From Octopus vulgaris (taxonomy: Eukaryota): a stretch of 64,000 bases of DNA. The notes below the pieces were generated by a model that was given only the letters and a program-made list of their open reading frames with translations, was not told the DNA's origin and made no database searches. Positions 42,641 to 55,787 of the stretch are shown piece by piece. The position numbers and the translations under genes are program-made. Positions within the stretch are counted from its first letter, which is position 1, and the number at the start of each line of letters is the position of its first letter. The stretch is taken from positions 137,206,001-137,270,000 of the forward strand of contig OX597817.1 in the NCBI GenBank assembly GCA_951406725.2, written 5' to 3'.

Positions 42641-43052
42641 ACGGGATGACGGTCGTGACAGGGCTTCCAGATCGCTCATCGTTTTCTAAGGACGTTCTTC
42701 TGCTTTTGAAGCGGCGCCCGTGCCACTCGAATCCTTGCGTACGACCCATTTCTTCGTCACCATAAACTTGTCGAAGAATGCTCAATGACTCTGTAGCAGA
42801 CTTCCCAAGTTTAACACAAAATTTTACGTTGGATCTTTGTTCTAAATTCCTATCGATGACAAAATCACAGACTACAACATACACGGGATCACAAAATACA
42901 AATTTCACAACTTGCAAAGTAAACACAGCCATATCACTCGGCACACTGCCTGATGAAGGTTACTGCTAGCTCTCACTGCACACGCAACAGTGTGCTGTCA
43001 TCTGTTGGCGCGCTACAGAATTAGTCCGGGAACTTTTAGACACCACCTCGTA
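42640..43052 (-). mobile_element. Mariner 5' fragment (TIR and N-terminal HTH region)
   Basis: EQRSNVKFCVKLGKSATESLSILRQVYGDE..FEWH..RFKS.RTSLENDERSGSP. Terminus TA-CGAGGTGGTGTCTAAAAGTTCCCGGACT. Confidence 0.9.
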
Positions 43053-43081
43053 GTATCCTTCCTTCCTTCCTTCCTGCCTGC

Positions 43082-43112
<31 letters not shown>

Positions 43113-43214
43113 TCCTTTTTCTATTTCTTTTCTTTTTCGTATTATCATTATTGCTATTGGTATTGATATTTATCCTCCTCTTCCTCTTCCTCCTCTTCCT
43201 CCTCCTCCTCATCA

Positions 43215-43272
<58 letters not shown>

Positions 43273-43910
43273 TGTATAACGTTTTATTTTATTTTGTACA
43301 TTAGATGTACTCACATCTAATGTACTTACAAGGTCAAGATTGACCTAGACAATGCTCGATTAGATGAAGCTGATGACGTCAGATCCACGAGACCCAATGT
43401 CATGAATTCATATCCCCTCAGCACTGCCTCTGGTTCGAACCTATTCCTCTCCCTTCTTCTTCTTCTCTCTCTCTCTCTCTCTTTCTTTCTCCCTTTCTTG
43501 TTTCCTCTATTTTATAATTTAAGTGTAATATCAAGTTCAACCTTATCTTCTTCATTTAGGCCCTCACCACTTGATGGTGTTGTGATATCGGGATTTTGTC
43601 TTGAGAATCTTAAAATTCTCCCACTGTCTGAACGTTGACGATTTTCTTCAGAGAAAAAGAGAAAAGCAGGTGGGAAAGAATGAAGGAAATAAACAAGCAA
43701 AAAAAGGAGAGAAAGAAAGAAAGGATGGAAAGTGAGAGAGAGTGTGTGTGTGTGTGTGTGAAAGAAAAGAGGGAGAGAGAGAAAGAAGAATTAACCGCAG
43801 TATGTGACTGGTACTTTATCGGTCCGATTTTATTTGACATGTATACAGACATAGTTTAGAAAACTACAACCATCTGCCGGAGGAGTGGAGTCTTGGCAGT
43901 GTGTTCCACC

Positions 43911-43978
43911 CGCGACTCGGCAACGGTGCTTCTCGTGACTCGGCAGGTGTGCTTCTCGTGTCTCAGCAAGTGTGCCTT
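43911..43978. repeat. 23-bp minisatellite, about 3 copies
   Basis: CGCGACTCGGCAACGGTGCTTCT / CGTGACTCGGCAGGTGTGCTTCT / CGTGTCTCAGCAAGTGTGCCTT. Confidence 0.8.
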
Positions 43979-44776
43979 TATGTTGTTCCGTGTCGTCACG
44001 AGGCGGCACTTGAGGAGTATATAATGGAATTGGACAGTTTATGATACCTATGAAGTATCTCCTTCCCCCATTATAATTATTTTTGTAGTTTCAAGGATCT
44101 GGAACACGACAAGCAGATCGATAAAGCCGTGGCGACTAAATACCTCGTGAGTGACGAATTTATTCTCACATTTAGTTACAATGCCAATTATTTTGAGGCG
44201 ATGGCTTCGTTGCTTAAATGGAGCCTAGTACATGACTGGTACTTTATATCATCGATCTCAGCGGGATGAAAGGCAAATCTGACATCGGCGAGATTTGAGC
44301 AGTTCTGTTATGGTTCTGCCAATGGTGTATTAGAGAAGGATCAATGGAGTAAAGACTTACTTATAGAATTGTCCGATTAGATTCTATTTGTTTCACAATC
44401 ACTAAAACAATATTTTATTTGTGTATTCTTTTATTTGTTAATTTTGTGGCGGAAAATGGATTCAGGACAAAAATGGGAAACAGAAAAATGTGTCAAAGCC
44501 ATCAGGAGGCGTTCGATGCTTCCTAGGGCTATACAGCGGTGGTGTACCCCCTACTGTCACGTTCTTGTTAGATTGACAGTATACAACCATTCTATCGCCC
44601 CACCACCGTACATGTCTCTACGAGAGATTTAGAAATTCAATATTTCTTATAGTTAAAGAAAATTGTAAGTAAAAGGGAGGTAATTTATTTAACTTTTTCC
44701 AGAAGTTATTTCCCCTGGAAAGCAAATAATTCTTTTGTCAGTAAAATAAAGATTTTTGTGATCAAGTTTCCTAAAA

Positions 44777-45155
44777 CGGCGAGCTGACAGAAGCGTTAGC
44801 GCGCCGGGCGGAATGCTTAGCAGTGTTTTGTCTGCCGCTGCGCTCTGAGTTTAAATTCCGCCGAGGTCGACTTTGCCTTTCATCCTTTCGGTGTCGATAA
44901 ATTAAGTACCAGTTACGCACTGGGGTCGATATAATCGACTTAATCCGTTTGTCTGTCCTTGTTTGTCCTAGTGGGTAGTAAAGAAATAGGTATTTCGTCT
45001 GCCTTTACGTTCTGAGTTCAAATTCCGCCGAGGTCGACTTTGCCTTTCATCCTTTCGGGGTCGATTAAATAAGTACCAGTTACGCACTGGGGTCAATCTA
45101 ATTAACTGGCCCCCTCCTACCAAAAGAATTTCGGACCTTGTGCCTGGAGTAGAAA
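44777..45155 (+). mobile_element. SINE family B composite dimer
   Basis: Two cores; the junction AAAGAAATAGG-TATTTCGTC is the same as in 12320-12718. Confidence 0.9.
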
Positions 45156-45731
45156 CGAAAGTTTCCTTCGCCACTTTTTTTTTGTTTGTTTATTTTCTCT
45201 AAATATATTTTTTATTGATGAAGTTATGTATCTGTGACGTATGCCGGTATTTACGTAACCCGAAACGTTTTTCTCGGCGCTTATTAGTGCAGATGCTTTG
45301 CTATCAGCGTATCAATTCATTAGCATACAAGAAGTTTAACCTGAAATAATGATATAATTTTGTAATTATGCGGGTTGATTAATGCACTAATTACTGCAGT
45401 AATACGCTAATTACTAATTATATATTTAAAACATTCTTTGACATGGTTTGTTGCGTGTCTGGGAAAATATTGGTGGTAACACATGTATGGTTCCTAACAA
45501 TGATTGGTTGTGAGAAGGATTAAATTCATCCAAAGTTTCAGGGTCTGTAAATTGATAACTGTTGGGAAATTTGATGAAGAAAGGATTTCCAGACGCGACA
45601 GTTTTGTCGATAAAGGTTTCCACGAACTATCTGTGTAGACTTATGGGGATGTTCTTAACTATATATAAGAACCGTTTTAAATTGCAATTTTGTGTGCGTA
45701 TTTCTTGATTTTATACTTTAAATTTGCACAT

Positions 45732-46175
45732 GAGAAAGTAAGGAGGGATGTCAGGAAGGGCATCGCTGTTACACTTCCAGAAGGGAAGGGTCTTCCTTTG
45801 ATGCTGACATGCAATGTCTGTGCAAGACCCTGCCTCAGTAAAGCTGGACTCAAGAGTCATCTTCGTGGTCATAAAGCGAGACAGATGAGTGACAACCTGG
45901 CCACTGGTGGTGGTGTAACACACAATACTAATCATATCTGTCGGGCATGTGGAAGAGAGTGTAATTCGGCAGGAGGACTTAAACGACATGCAAAGGTACA
46001 TGAATCCCAGTTACAACTACAGCCGGCTATTACCAGTAAAGGTTTTAGTTGCCAATTTTGTACAAGACATTGTAGATCTTTAGCTGGGCTAAAAAAGGTC
46101 ACATTCGATCACAGCACCAGTAACAGTTAAGCTTCGTGCAATGGCTATACACGATAACGAGGGGGCAGCCATAAA
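45732..46175 (+). mobile_element. RTE-type LINE 3' end encoding three C2H2-type zinc fingers
   Basis: ORF 45690-46130 has CNVCARPCLSKAGLKSHLRGH, CRACGRECNSAGGLKRHAKVH and [15 protein letters not shown] (third finger frameshifted). Short 3' UTR, then (TATG)n. Confidence 0.75.
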
Positions 46176-46643
46176 GTATGTATGTATGTATGTATGCATG
46201 TATGTATGTATGTATGTATGTATGTATGTATGTATGTATGTATGTATGTATGTATGTATGTATTTATGTATGTATGTATGTATGTATGTATGTATGCGTG
46301 TGTGTATTATGTATGTATGTATGTATGTATGTGTGTGTATGTATGTATTTATGTATGTATGTATGTATGTATGTGTGTATGTATGTATGTGTGTATGTAT
46401 GTATGTATGCATGTATGTATGTGTGTATGTGTGTATGTATGTATGTGTGTATGTATGTATGTATCTATCTATCTATGTATGTATGTGTGTGAGAGTGGTG
46501 TATGTATGTATGTATGTATGTATGTATGTATGTATGTGAGTGTGGTGTATGTATGTATGTGAGAGTGGTTGTATATGTATGTAAGTATGTATGTATGTAT
46601 GTATGTGTGTGTATGTATGTGTGTGTGTGTGTATGTACGTATG

Positions 46644-46677
<34 letters not shown>

Positions 46678-46790
46678 TGTATGTATGTATGTATGTATGT
46701 ATGTATGTGTATGTATGCGTGTATGTATGTATGTATGTATGTATGTATGTATGTATGCGTGTGTGTATGCATGTAAGTACAGATGGATGG
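46176..46790. repeat. Expanded, degenerate (TATG)n tail of about 600 bp
   Basis: Read directly. Confidence 0.95.
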
Positions 46791-48449
46791 ATGCATGCAT
46801 GCATGGGTGCATGGATGGATGTATATATTTGTTAGAATGCATGGCTGTAAATATGTATGAATTCATGTATGAATGAATGTTTATATGTTTTTAATAGATG
46901 CATTTGAGAACGCCCGAATGAAAACACCAGCGTGTATAACATTCGCAACGTCTATACAAGCATGGCGCGGCACTTGCTGAAATATTTTGTATGAGAGAGA
47001 CATCTTGAAGAGATTTTTATATCACAAGCTCAGAACAGCAGAGAATCGCCAGAAACCTATGTTTCGACCAGATTTACTCTCCTCAGTGACAAGTAATTTG
47101 CATGTTCTGAACCAAGCCGAAGATGCTTGTTAGAAATCAGATATAGAAATCATTAAACAAAGAATTTATTGATTTGTGTGAAAGTTAACCTGGTTAAAAA
47201 AAAGCAACTGAAATAGCCTCGCATTAAAATATCGCTATGGGTAACATTTATAAAATGCACACATCGCTTGTTCTTCAGTATCATTGGTTTCGAAACTTTT
47301 ATCGTTGCACCACGCTTCACACTGGAAAACAGAAAACGATTTTATTATAGGAGGGGGGGGGGGAGAAGAAAAAAACGACCCGTGTGAAAATCTAGTTTCC
47401 ATTTGGTATTAAAACTACTTTACTTTATCCATGGAAACATAATTTTTTTCAATACTATTTTTCAGGGCAAAATCAATGTTTAATGATATATTCTATATTG
47501 CTTTCTTCGCTGTCCCATGATAGAACCAACATCGGTCTGTGTTTTGTCGGTTCCAGTATTTTAGTTGTGTTTTAAGACGGTTCCTAAACCCTTCGCTCAT
47601 CTCTTTTTTTTCATTTCAAGAGAGAAGGGCGCGTGGAAGGATCTTTTATATTTTTCGTCACACAAAATAGACGATTCTAAGTGAAAAATTGACCTCAAGA
47701 AGGATAAAAGGCAAAGATGACATCGGAAGGTTTGGAACAAATAAAAATTGCCATCAGTCATTCTTCCTCCGCCGACACTCTAGCCATTCTGTCACCTCAC
47801 CACCTTCAAACGACTCTGGCACTAATTTTAAACAGATTTTACTCTTTTCTCGTTAAACCTAGATAAACTTTTTTTGTTACATGCAGCCAAATTTTTATAT
47901 CGAGCAGGTTTGTGACGTCATCATAACAGTGCTAATTGTAACATGTGACGTCATTTCCACAAAGAAGCTATTCCGTCCTTTTGAATTCTTCTGCCAGGTT
48001 TCAAGCTCCAACCATCCATTTTGCTAATATTTAGTATTCACAAGAATATTTCCCAGGTAAAATACATCTCCATGTTTTAATACTTATATAATAATATGAA
48101 ATATAATCATCCTATTTATAGCTTTGTCCATTTCGATTTTCTCGTATATTTTGTTTATTGTGTGTGAATGTGTGTGCATTTGGATGGATGTGGGTTTATG
48201 TGTGCGTGCGTGGGTAAGGCCCAGTTAAGGAAAAATGTGATCATTCACTAACTTCCATGTATATTTTTTTAATATTTTTAATCGGCAAAAAGTTACAGGA
48301 GTAACTCAACGATCGAGAATTTCGTGCACATCATTTATCAAAAGTGATTAAGTGTCATACACGAAACTCTTACGGTTTGAGTCACGTTAATGGTTGTTAA
48401 CTGATTAAAAATACCAAATATTTACAAAATTATATGTGAAGTATATTTA

Positions 48450-48828
48450 AGTTAAGTAAAGTTAACTTAACTTAAGCTTTTGGCTCAAAAAGCAAAAAGC
48501 AAGGCCATGTCGGGGGAATATGGAGTTATGTACCGGGAGGGTGTTCATGCAAAGAGTTCAGGCCATTTCTGGTCAAGAGAGACTTTGAACCGAGTAGTCG
48601 TCGGCATCTTCACTATTTCGTCGGGCAGCTTATTCTACAGATCCGCAACCCGGATGGAGAAAGCCCCTCTCCTTCGATTGAGATGAAATCGTCGTAGATA
48701 GAGCTTTTCGGAGTGACCCCGCAGCCGACGCTCTGGAGTAGGAGTGAAGAACAGCTCTTTCGAGAGGTTACACTTTCCGCTTATGATGTGAGCAAGAATG
48801 AAATCACCACGGCGTCGTCGTTTTTCTA
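48450..48828 (-). mobile_element. CR1/L2-group LINE 3' fragment
   Basis: Minus strand LEKRRRRGDFILAH..ELFFTPTPERRLRGHSEKLYLRRFHLNRRRGAFSIRVADL*NKLPDEIV..FKVSLDQKW, with a short repeat tail. Confidence 0.85.
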
Positions 48829-48952
48829 GCCATCTAAATGTGGCTAACTATTAATGGTGGATGTTACTGTAGCTTGTAGCCCCAGGAGAACATCTTCACC
48901 AGCTGAAGCTACAGTAACATCCACCCTTAGTGGTTAGCCACATTTAGATGGC
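48829..48952. repeat. Hairpin with 47-bp arms and a 30-nt loop
   Basis: GCCATCTAAATGTGGCTAAC..GGTGGATGTTACTGTAGCTT and its reverse complement, with 3 mismatches. Confidence 0.92.
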
Positions 48953-49461
48953 AAATATACTTCACATTGTCGTGCAGTTACTGTTTATACCTCGTTCAGA
49001 GATTTATTATTACAATATTATAGTTTTAAGGGAATGTTCAAGGTAAGCAACTCTTTCAGAAAATATTTATTGCAAGAGTTACTTCCCTTGCAAAAATTTC
49101 TCTCCTGTTTTCCAAAAATATTTTCCTCGTTATATTTAAGTCATAAAGATTTACCCGGGAGTGGGTGGGGACAGCAGCCATGACACTTTATATTTTTCAG
49201 GTCTTTCGAGGAAAAAGACGAAGAAGGAAGTAAACTTCAAACTGGAGACTTGAGTCAGTGTCTTTAACAATCTACGAAAGAGATTGGAAATCCTTATAGG
49301 TTTGTTCAAAAACGCGTTCTTGAAGTATTTAAACAATTTTGATAATTGATGGATATAGCAGAATGTAGGGGCGGGGTTTAGAATTTGCAATAGATGCTTA
49401 TATTGATGATAATTCGAGTACATCGCCTATTTTATAGATTATATAGAGATTATATATAGAT

Positions 49462-49853
49462 AGGCGCAGGAGTGGCTGTGTGGTAAGTAGCTTGCTAACC
49501 AACCACATGGTTCCAGGTTCAGTCCCACTGCGTGGCATCTTGGGCAAGTGTCTTCTGCTATAGCCCCGGGCCGACCAATGCCTTGTGAGTGGATTTGGTA
49601 GACGGAAACTGAACGAAGCCTGTCGTATATATGTATATATATATATATGTGTGTTTGTGTGTATGTGTTTGTCCCCCTAGCATTGCTTGACAACCGATGC
49701 TGGTGTGTTTACGTCCCCGTCACTTAGCGGTTCGGCAAAAGAGACCGATAGAATAAGTACTGGGCTTACAAAGAATAAGTCCCGGGGTCGATTTGTTCGA
49801 CTAAAGGCGGTGCTCCAGCATGGCCGCTGTCAAATGATTGAAACAAGTAAAAG
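49462..49853 (+). mobile_element. SINE family A, full length
   Basis: Near-identical to 2719-3120. Confidence 0.92.
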
Positions 49854-50583
49854 AGTATACAGAGATAGACCAAGAGAACTACACATAAAGATAATATATA
49901 TATATATATATATAATATAATTAATATATAAATATATGCATATATACATATATGTACATACCTACATATATATATATGTATATATACATGCATATATCGG
50001 TACAGGACATCAAAAAGACGTTGAATACAAGAGAAACGAAAACATAAAAAAACATAACATAGAAACGAACTTTTTTCGAACAACGAAAAAAACAAACAGA
50101 GAAATGAGACATACAACACAAGGAATATTCCCCTACTTCAGTTGTCCCTGTTTCGTCTACTCCACGTTTCGAAGGTAAGGACAAGACGCAACTTCGTTGA
50201 AACAGTCCTTCCCGCAAAGCAAATTAAATATAATTTGGGATTTTTTGCCACCTCCATCTATGCCGGATTCTTTGTTTCTGCTCCAAATACCCAGCTTCCA
50301 ACTGGATCCAGATTCCAAATAACTCTTATTTCCCTTAACACTAATAATCTGATGACTTTTAAATAGTTTTCTTGATTGAATAAATGGAAGTTTGTTTCGA
50401 AGACAAATTCTGTTGGTAAAAATAGGTCTAAATTTCCATTTCAGGAAGAATTTATTTTGGCCACATTTTTAAGGATTTCAGCTTAAATATATTTTTTATT
50501 CGACTAGGAAACTATTTGTATACAAGTGTCAGGCACCGACCACAAACATACATACATACATACATACATACATACATACATAC

Positions 50584-50649
<66 letters not shown>

Positions 50650-50750
50650 GTGTGTGTGTATAAATGGATATATGTGCATGTGTGTTTGTATGTGTGTATC
50701 TGTATATGTATGTATGCATGTAAATATATACCTGTGTGTATGAGAATGCA

Positions 50751-50786
<36 letters not shown>

Positions 50787-51045
50787 TAATGATCTCCCCA
50801 TTGATTACAGGGTTTAATCATCCAGTTGTTCCATGACGTCATTCTCAAGTTTGAATGTCAGGAAAAGGGCTTTGTGCTATTTGTTTCAGATCGTTATGTT
50901 TTGAGTTCAAATCCGGCCGAGATCAACTTAACTTTTCATTCTTTTGACGTCAATAAAATAAAGCAACCAATCATATGCGGGGGTCGGCCTACATCACACT
51001 TCAGCAAGTGCTGAAATTGGGACTAAAATAGAAATCCGCTTTAAC

Positions 51046-51046
<1 letters not shown>

Positions 51047-51076
<30 letters not shown>

Positions 51077-51236
51077 CTTCTTCTTCTTCTTCTTCTTCTT
51101 CTTCTTCTTCTTCTTCTTCTTCTTCTTCTTCTTCTTCTTCTTCTTCTTCTTCTTCTTCTTCTTCTCCTCCTCCTCCTCCTCCTCCTCCTCCTCCTTCTTC
51201 TTCTTCTTCTTCTTCTTCTTCTTCTTCTTCTTCTTC
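51047..51236. repeat. (TTC)n-(CCT)n-(TTC)n polypyrimidine tract
   Basis: Read directly. Confidence 0.97.
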
Positions 51237-51279
51237 TCCCACATCTTCCACTTCATTCCCATCTTCTCATTCCTATTGT

Positions 51280-53760
51280 TCTTTTGCGATAGCCCCTTTT
51301 AAGTTCAGAGTGCTGAATAATCTTTTCCTCCCAGGTATTGCAACCAGTCCTAACAGCACCTCCCACTTGTTCCGATCCAGAACATCATTCTCCCAATCAC
51401 TTTTGTTCATATCTAGTTTCTTCAGGTTTTCCTTCACACAGTCTTTATACCTTTTCCTCGGCTTATGTTCTGGTCACTTGCCAGAGTTGAGCTCACCACA
51501 AAATGGACGCTTTGACAAACGCTTGTCTTTCATTCTAATAACATATTGTTCAATTGAGCTGCAACGTGCCATGCGCAAAACCTCTGTATATACTATGGAA
51601 CATTCCCATTTGACTCCTAAGATACGTCTGAGACACTTTTGATGAAATCTCTCCAGTATTTTTGTGTGACGCTTGTAAGTGGTCCATGTCTCACTTGAAT
51701 AGAGAAGAGCAGACAATACACACGCTTTATAGACACTGATTTTTGTCTGCAGGGAAACACCTCTATCCGCCCACACTCGCTTTTCGAGCTTTCCAAATGC
51801 AATACTTCCCTTCCCATATCGATAGTATATCTCTGCATCATGACTACCATCTCTTGACAGTGTGCTTCCTAAGTAAACAAAGGTGTCAGTAACTTCTAAC
51901 CTTGTTCCACTTACAAAAATGTTTGGTTCAGAATATGTTTGTCCTGGCACCGATGTAAACATTACTTTGTTTTCCCCCCAGACTAATTGTGAATCCGAAA
52001 TGTACACATGCAGAGAAAAATCTGTCCATTAAATGTTGCATATCCCCCCCTCTGAGTGTGCCAACAAATCAGCATCATCAGCATCATCAGCATAATGTAA
52101 TTCGCTAACAAGTATTTTTGAAAGTCTTTGCAGTTAAACCAGATTAAATTAAAAATGCGACCAGATGTTCAAAATTTGATTCAGATTCCCCTGTTGTTGC
52201 AATCCTTGAAAGCACATCAAAGTAATGCAGCAAAATAAATGGAGAAAAGTGTAGGGGCAGGAATATCTCCCTGTTTGACACCGTTGTCCACCGAAAATTC
52301 ATGAAGTAGCTCACCATTAAAGACTACCCGAGCTTTCATATTTCTGTGTAGTTCCTTAAAAACGCACACAAAATGTGTTGGGCAACTAAGTTTACACAAA
52401 ACAATCCACAGTGCTTTCCTGTTTACCGTTTCAAATACCTTAGTCAAATCTATGAAAACCTGGTATAGTGGCATTTGTTCCTCAAAGCATTTCTCTTGAA
52501 TCTGCCTCACAGAAAATATAATGTCCATTGTTACTCGCTCAGGTCAGGAATCACATGTGGACACACATTCTCAACAAGACGATCTAACATGATTCTTGGA
52601 AGTATTGTACCGGTATGTGCCAGAAGAGTTATCTCTCTAGAATTACCACACACTGCTTTCGGGCCCTTACCCCTACATACTGAGATTAGAATGCCATTTA
52701 TCCATTCTTGTGGCACAGAAGATTCATTCTAAACTCGAGTTATCAGGTTATGAATTTCAGATAAAATATGATCCCCACCAGCTTTCGGAATTTCAACTGG
52801 AATACCATGCAACCCAGGAGCTTTACCTGATCTCAGTTTACATAATGCCACATTTACTTCTTCAATGGAAGGTGTATCATGCATGTGTTGCACTATATCT
52901 CTTTGCTGAATGTTGTTTATGATATCCATATTCACTACAGATGGATTGTGGAAAAGATCTGCAAAGTGTTCTCTCCATATATTTATTATTCCAGGAGGAT
53001 CTTTAATAACCTAATTTCCATCTTTCGACTGATGAAGATTGCTGTCCAGAAGCTTACCGCAATAAACTATAGAAACTTTTAATGTCTTTCCTGCCATAGG
53101 CCGCCTGTAATTCCTCAGACAAATTTCTCCACCAAGTGTCTTTAAGCCTCCTAAGCTCTTTTTGCATGTCTGCTTTCTGGGACTTGTACAGCTATTCTAG
53201 TTGCTCCTTGTTCTTAACGTTTGGGTCAAGAAGCTTTGCATAAGTGGATCTCTTTGTTGCTAAAAGCTCATTTAACACTGTATCATTCGAGCGAAACCAG
53301 TCTCGGTGTTGTTTCCTTTTAAAACCTAACACCTCTGATCCCATCTTAGATATTCCATCAGGGACAGATTGCCATGAACCTTCAAAATGAACATTTCTGC
53401 ATCTCTTGTGAAACAAATTGTAAAACCTGTGGTGGTTTTAGCTGCTCTACATAAATTTTCTTTGGTACCCGTACACCTGCACTGCGAACCTTCTTAAGGA
53501 CCCTGAACTTGAACCTGGCCCTAACCATTTTGTGATCAGTATCACAATCAGCACCTCGCAATACCCTGAGACTGCACAAATTTTGTAAGTCATCTTTCCG
53601 AGTTAATAAAAAGTCAATCACGTGACCTTGCTTTGATCTTGGGTGAATCCAAGTAACTTTATGCTTCAACTTACGATGAAAGAAAGTATTCCCAACAATC
53701 AAGCCCTGATTAGAGATCATTCGTAGAAGGATGCAACCCATTGCTGGTCACCTTTCCTGT
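51280..53760 (-). mobile_element. RTE-clade LINE (APE C-terminus plus RT), 5'-truncated and frameshifted
   Basis: TWIHPRSKQGHVIDFLL..DCDTDHKMV; GKAPGLHGIPVE; DIIFSVRQIQEKC..FIDLTKVFETVNR; GVKQGDIPAPTLF; FVYLGSTLS; LLYSSETWT. Confidence 0.93.
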
Positions 53761-54084
53761 TCCACACACACACAAACACACATGCATGCACACACACACA
53801 CGCACGCACACACGCACGCACACACTGACGCACACACTGACGCACACACACACACACACACGCACACACGCACGCACTCACACATACACGCACGCACACA
53901 CGCACGTACACACACACACACACGCACGCACGTACACATACACACACGCACGCACACACACATACACACACAGATACACACACACACACACACATAGATA
54001 TATAAAAGTAAGAGAGGGAGAATAAACATACTTCTTCACCAACATACAAACACGCCTTCTGTCGCTGGGCCGATAGCGGTAAAT

Positions 54085-54132
<48 letters not shown>

Positions 54133-54133
<1 letters not shown>

Positions 54134-54519
54134 TAGCAGTATCGCCCGGCGTTGCTCGGGTTTGTTTCGACCCGCTGGAATTGGAATTTTTGAAAAGTAA
54201 AACTTTTGCATTATGTAGCTTGTTATTCTCTTCAAGTGAACATTTTTCTTGTTGAAATACACCGAAAAGTGGCGACACAGCAGTGAAAAAATCGTAAAAA
54301 ATATGGATTTTCATAGAAAAAAGCACCTTTTTGATGTAAATAATTTTTGGTGTTAACATGGTCCGATTTGAATTTTATCTTGTACGGAAGGAAGAGCAAC
54401 CCTTCTTCTATCATACTCTCAATTTTGGCCAACTTGCGCCGCAGGGTCTCGGAGGAGATAGTATTAGTTGAAGGCTACCAAACCTGGCGCACACAGACAA
54501 CTTCAGCTTTATATAGCGA
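54133..54519 (-). mobile_element. Non-autonomous Helitron
   Basis: Minus-strand 3' end CCCGAGCAACGCCGGGCGATACTG-CTAG (hairpin plus CTAG). 5' end TCGCTATATAAAGCTGAAGTTGTCTGTGTG. Confidence 0.85.
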
Positions 54520-54641
54520 TAACACACACACATTAATACACATACACACACACACATGTATGTATGTATGTACGTATGGATGTATGTATGTATATATGTA
54601 CATCTGTCCACTTCTTGCCATATTTTTATCCTTCACTTCCT

Positions 54642-54673
<32 letters not shown>

Positions 54674-54759
54674 ACACACAGACACACACACACACGCACG
54701 CACGCACACACACACACCTTCTTAGCTTACAATTTCTTTCTTTCAACAATTAACAACTG

Positions 54760-55295
54760 AAGTACACTTGCAAATTAATACTACGAAAACTTAGCGACAG
54801 AAAGTAAATTAAAAACCAATCGTAAAAAATTGAGTTTTCTCGAATTTTTGCTTAATTGGGGGTCAAATTGAAAGAAATTTATATGCCATGACCCAATGGA
54901 ATGTACTTCGAAAAATCATAGGTAAATTCCAATTGAAGAAATTGTGTGAGGAGTAAATCGTTATGTATTTATTTGTTTCTGTTTCCTGTGTATTTTTTTG
55001 AGTAGTGGTTTAAGGTACACTTGCAAAGAGAAAGTAGGAGAAAGTGTGGTAATAGAAGGAGTGAAGCAGTTGATATGAGAGAGGCAAATCGTAAAATATT
55101 TAGTTTTCTCGAATTTTTGATTAATTGGGGGTCAAATTGAAAGAAATTTATATGCCATGACCCAATCGAATCTACTTCGAAAAATCATAGGTAAATTCCA
55201 ATTGAAGAAATTCTATATTATACAATTGTATTAAAAAGAAACATAGTCACAGGCAGAGAAAACCTGCCTTTTATCATAAGACTTTAATCATAAGA

Positions 55296-55339
<44 letters not shown>

Positions 55340-55530
55340 TCTCTTATTATAAAAGGCAGATTTTATCTGCCTCCCTTTGTATCTTATAGAAATCTACAAT
55401 ATAGGATTTCTTCAATTACAATTTACCTAGCATTTTTAAGAGTAGAATGCATCGGGTTGTGACAGGTCCACTTTTTAAAATTTCAACCCCAATTAAGCAA
55501 AATTTAGAGAAAACTCACATTGTGGTGTAT
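54760..55530. mobile_element. Two related Helitron/MITE-like termini in opposite orientation around (TA)n; the left one has an internal ~125-bp duplication
   Basis: CTTAT.ATAAAAGGCAG.TTT..TCTGCCT occurs on the minus strand at about 55250-55280 and on the plus strand at about 55343-55372. 54818-54943 is repeated at 55087-55212. Confidence 0.6.
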
Positions 55531-55703
55531 GAATCAAATGCTTCTCTTAGTGTGGGATACAGCACACGCAAACGCACACACACAGTGTGCAACGAATAAA
55601 GTGAAACTAATTCACTTTCTGTAGTGAGTGACTATTTCACTCTACATTCCCAACTCCACTTTACACACATAGACACGCAAATATATAAATAAAATTGTAA
55701 GCT

Positions 55704-55775
<72 letters not shown>

Positions 55776-55787
55776 TGTGTGACAGGA

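Noticed and set aside
43911-43978. Short repeats as a possible CRISPR array (also 34064-34150)
   Set aside because: Head-to-tail repeats with no unique spacers, no cas genes, and a eukaryotic context.
45690-46130. Host C2H2 zinc-finger gene
   Set aside because: No TGEKP linkers, multi-copy within the window, truncated at different 5' points and followed by a tandem-repeat tail. Better explained as a LINE 3' end.
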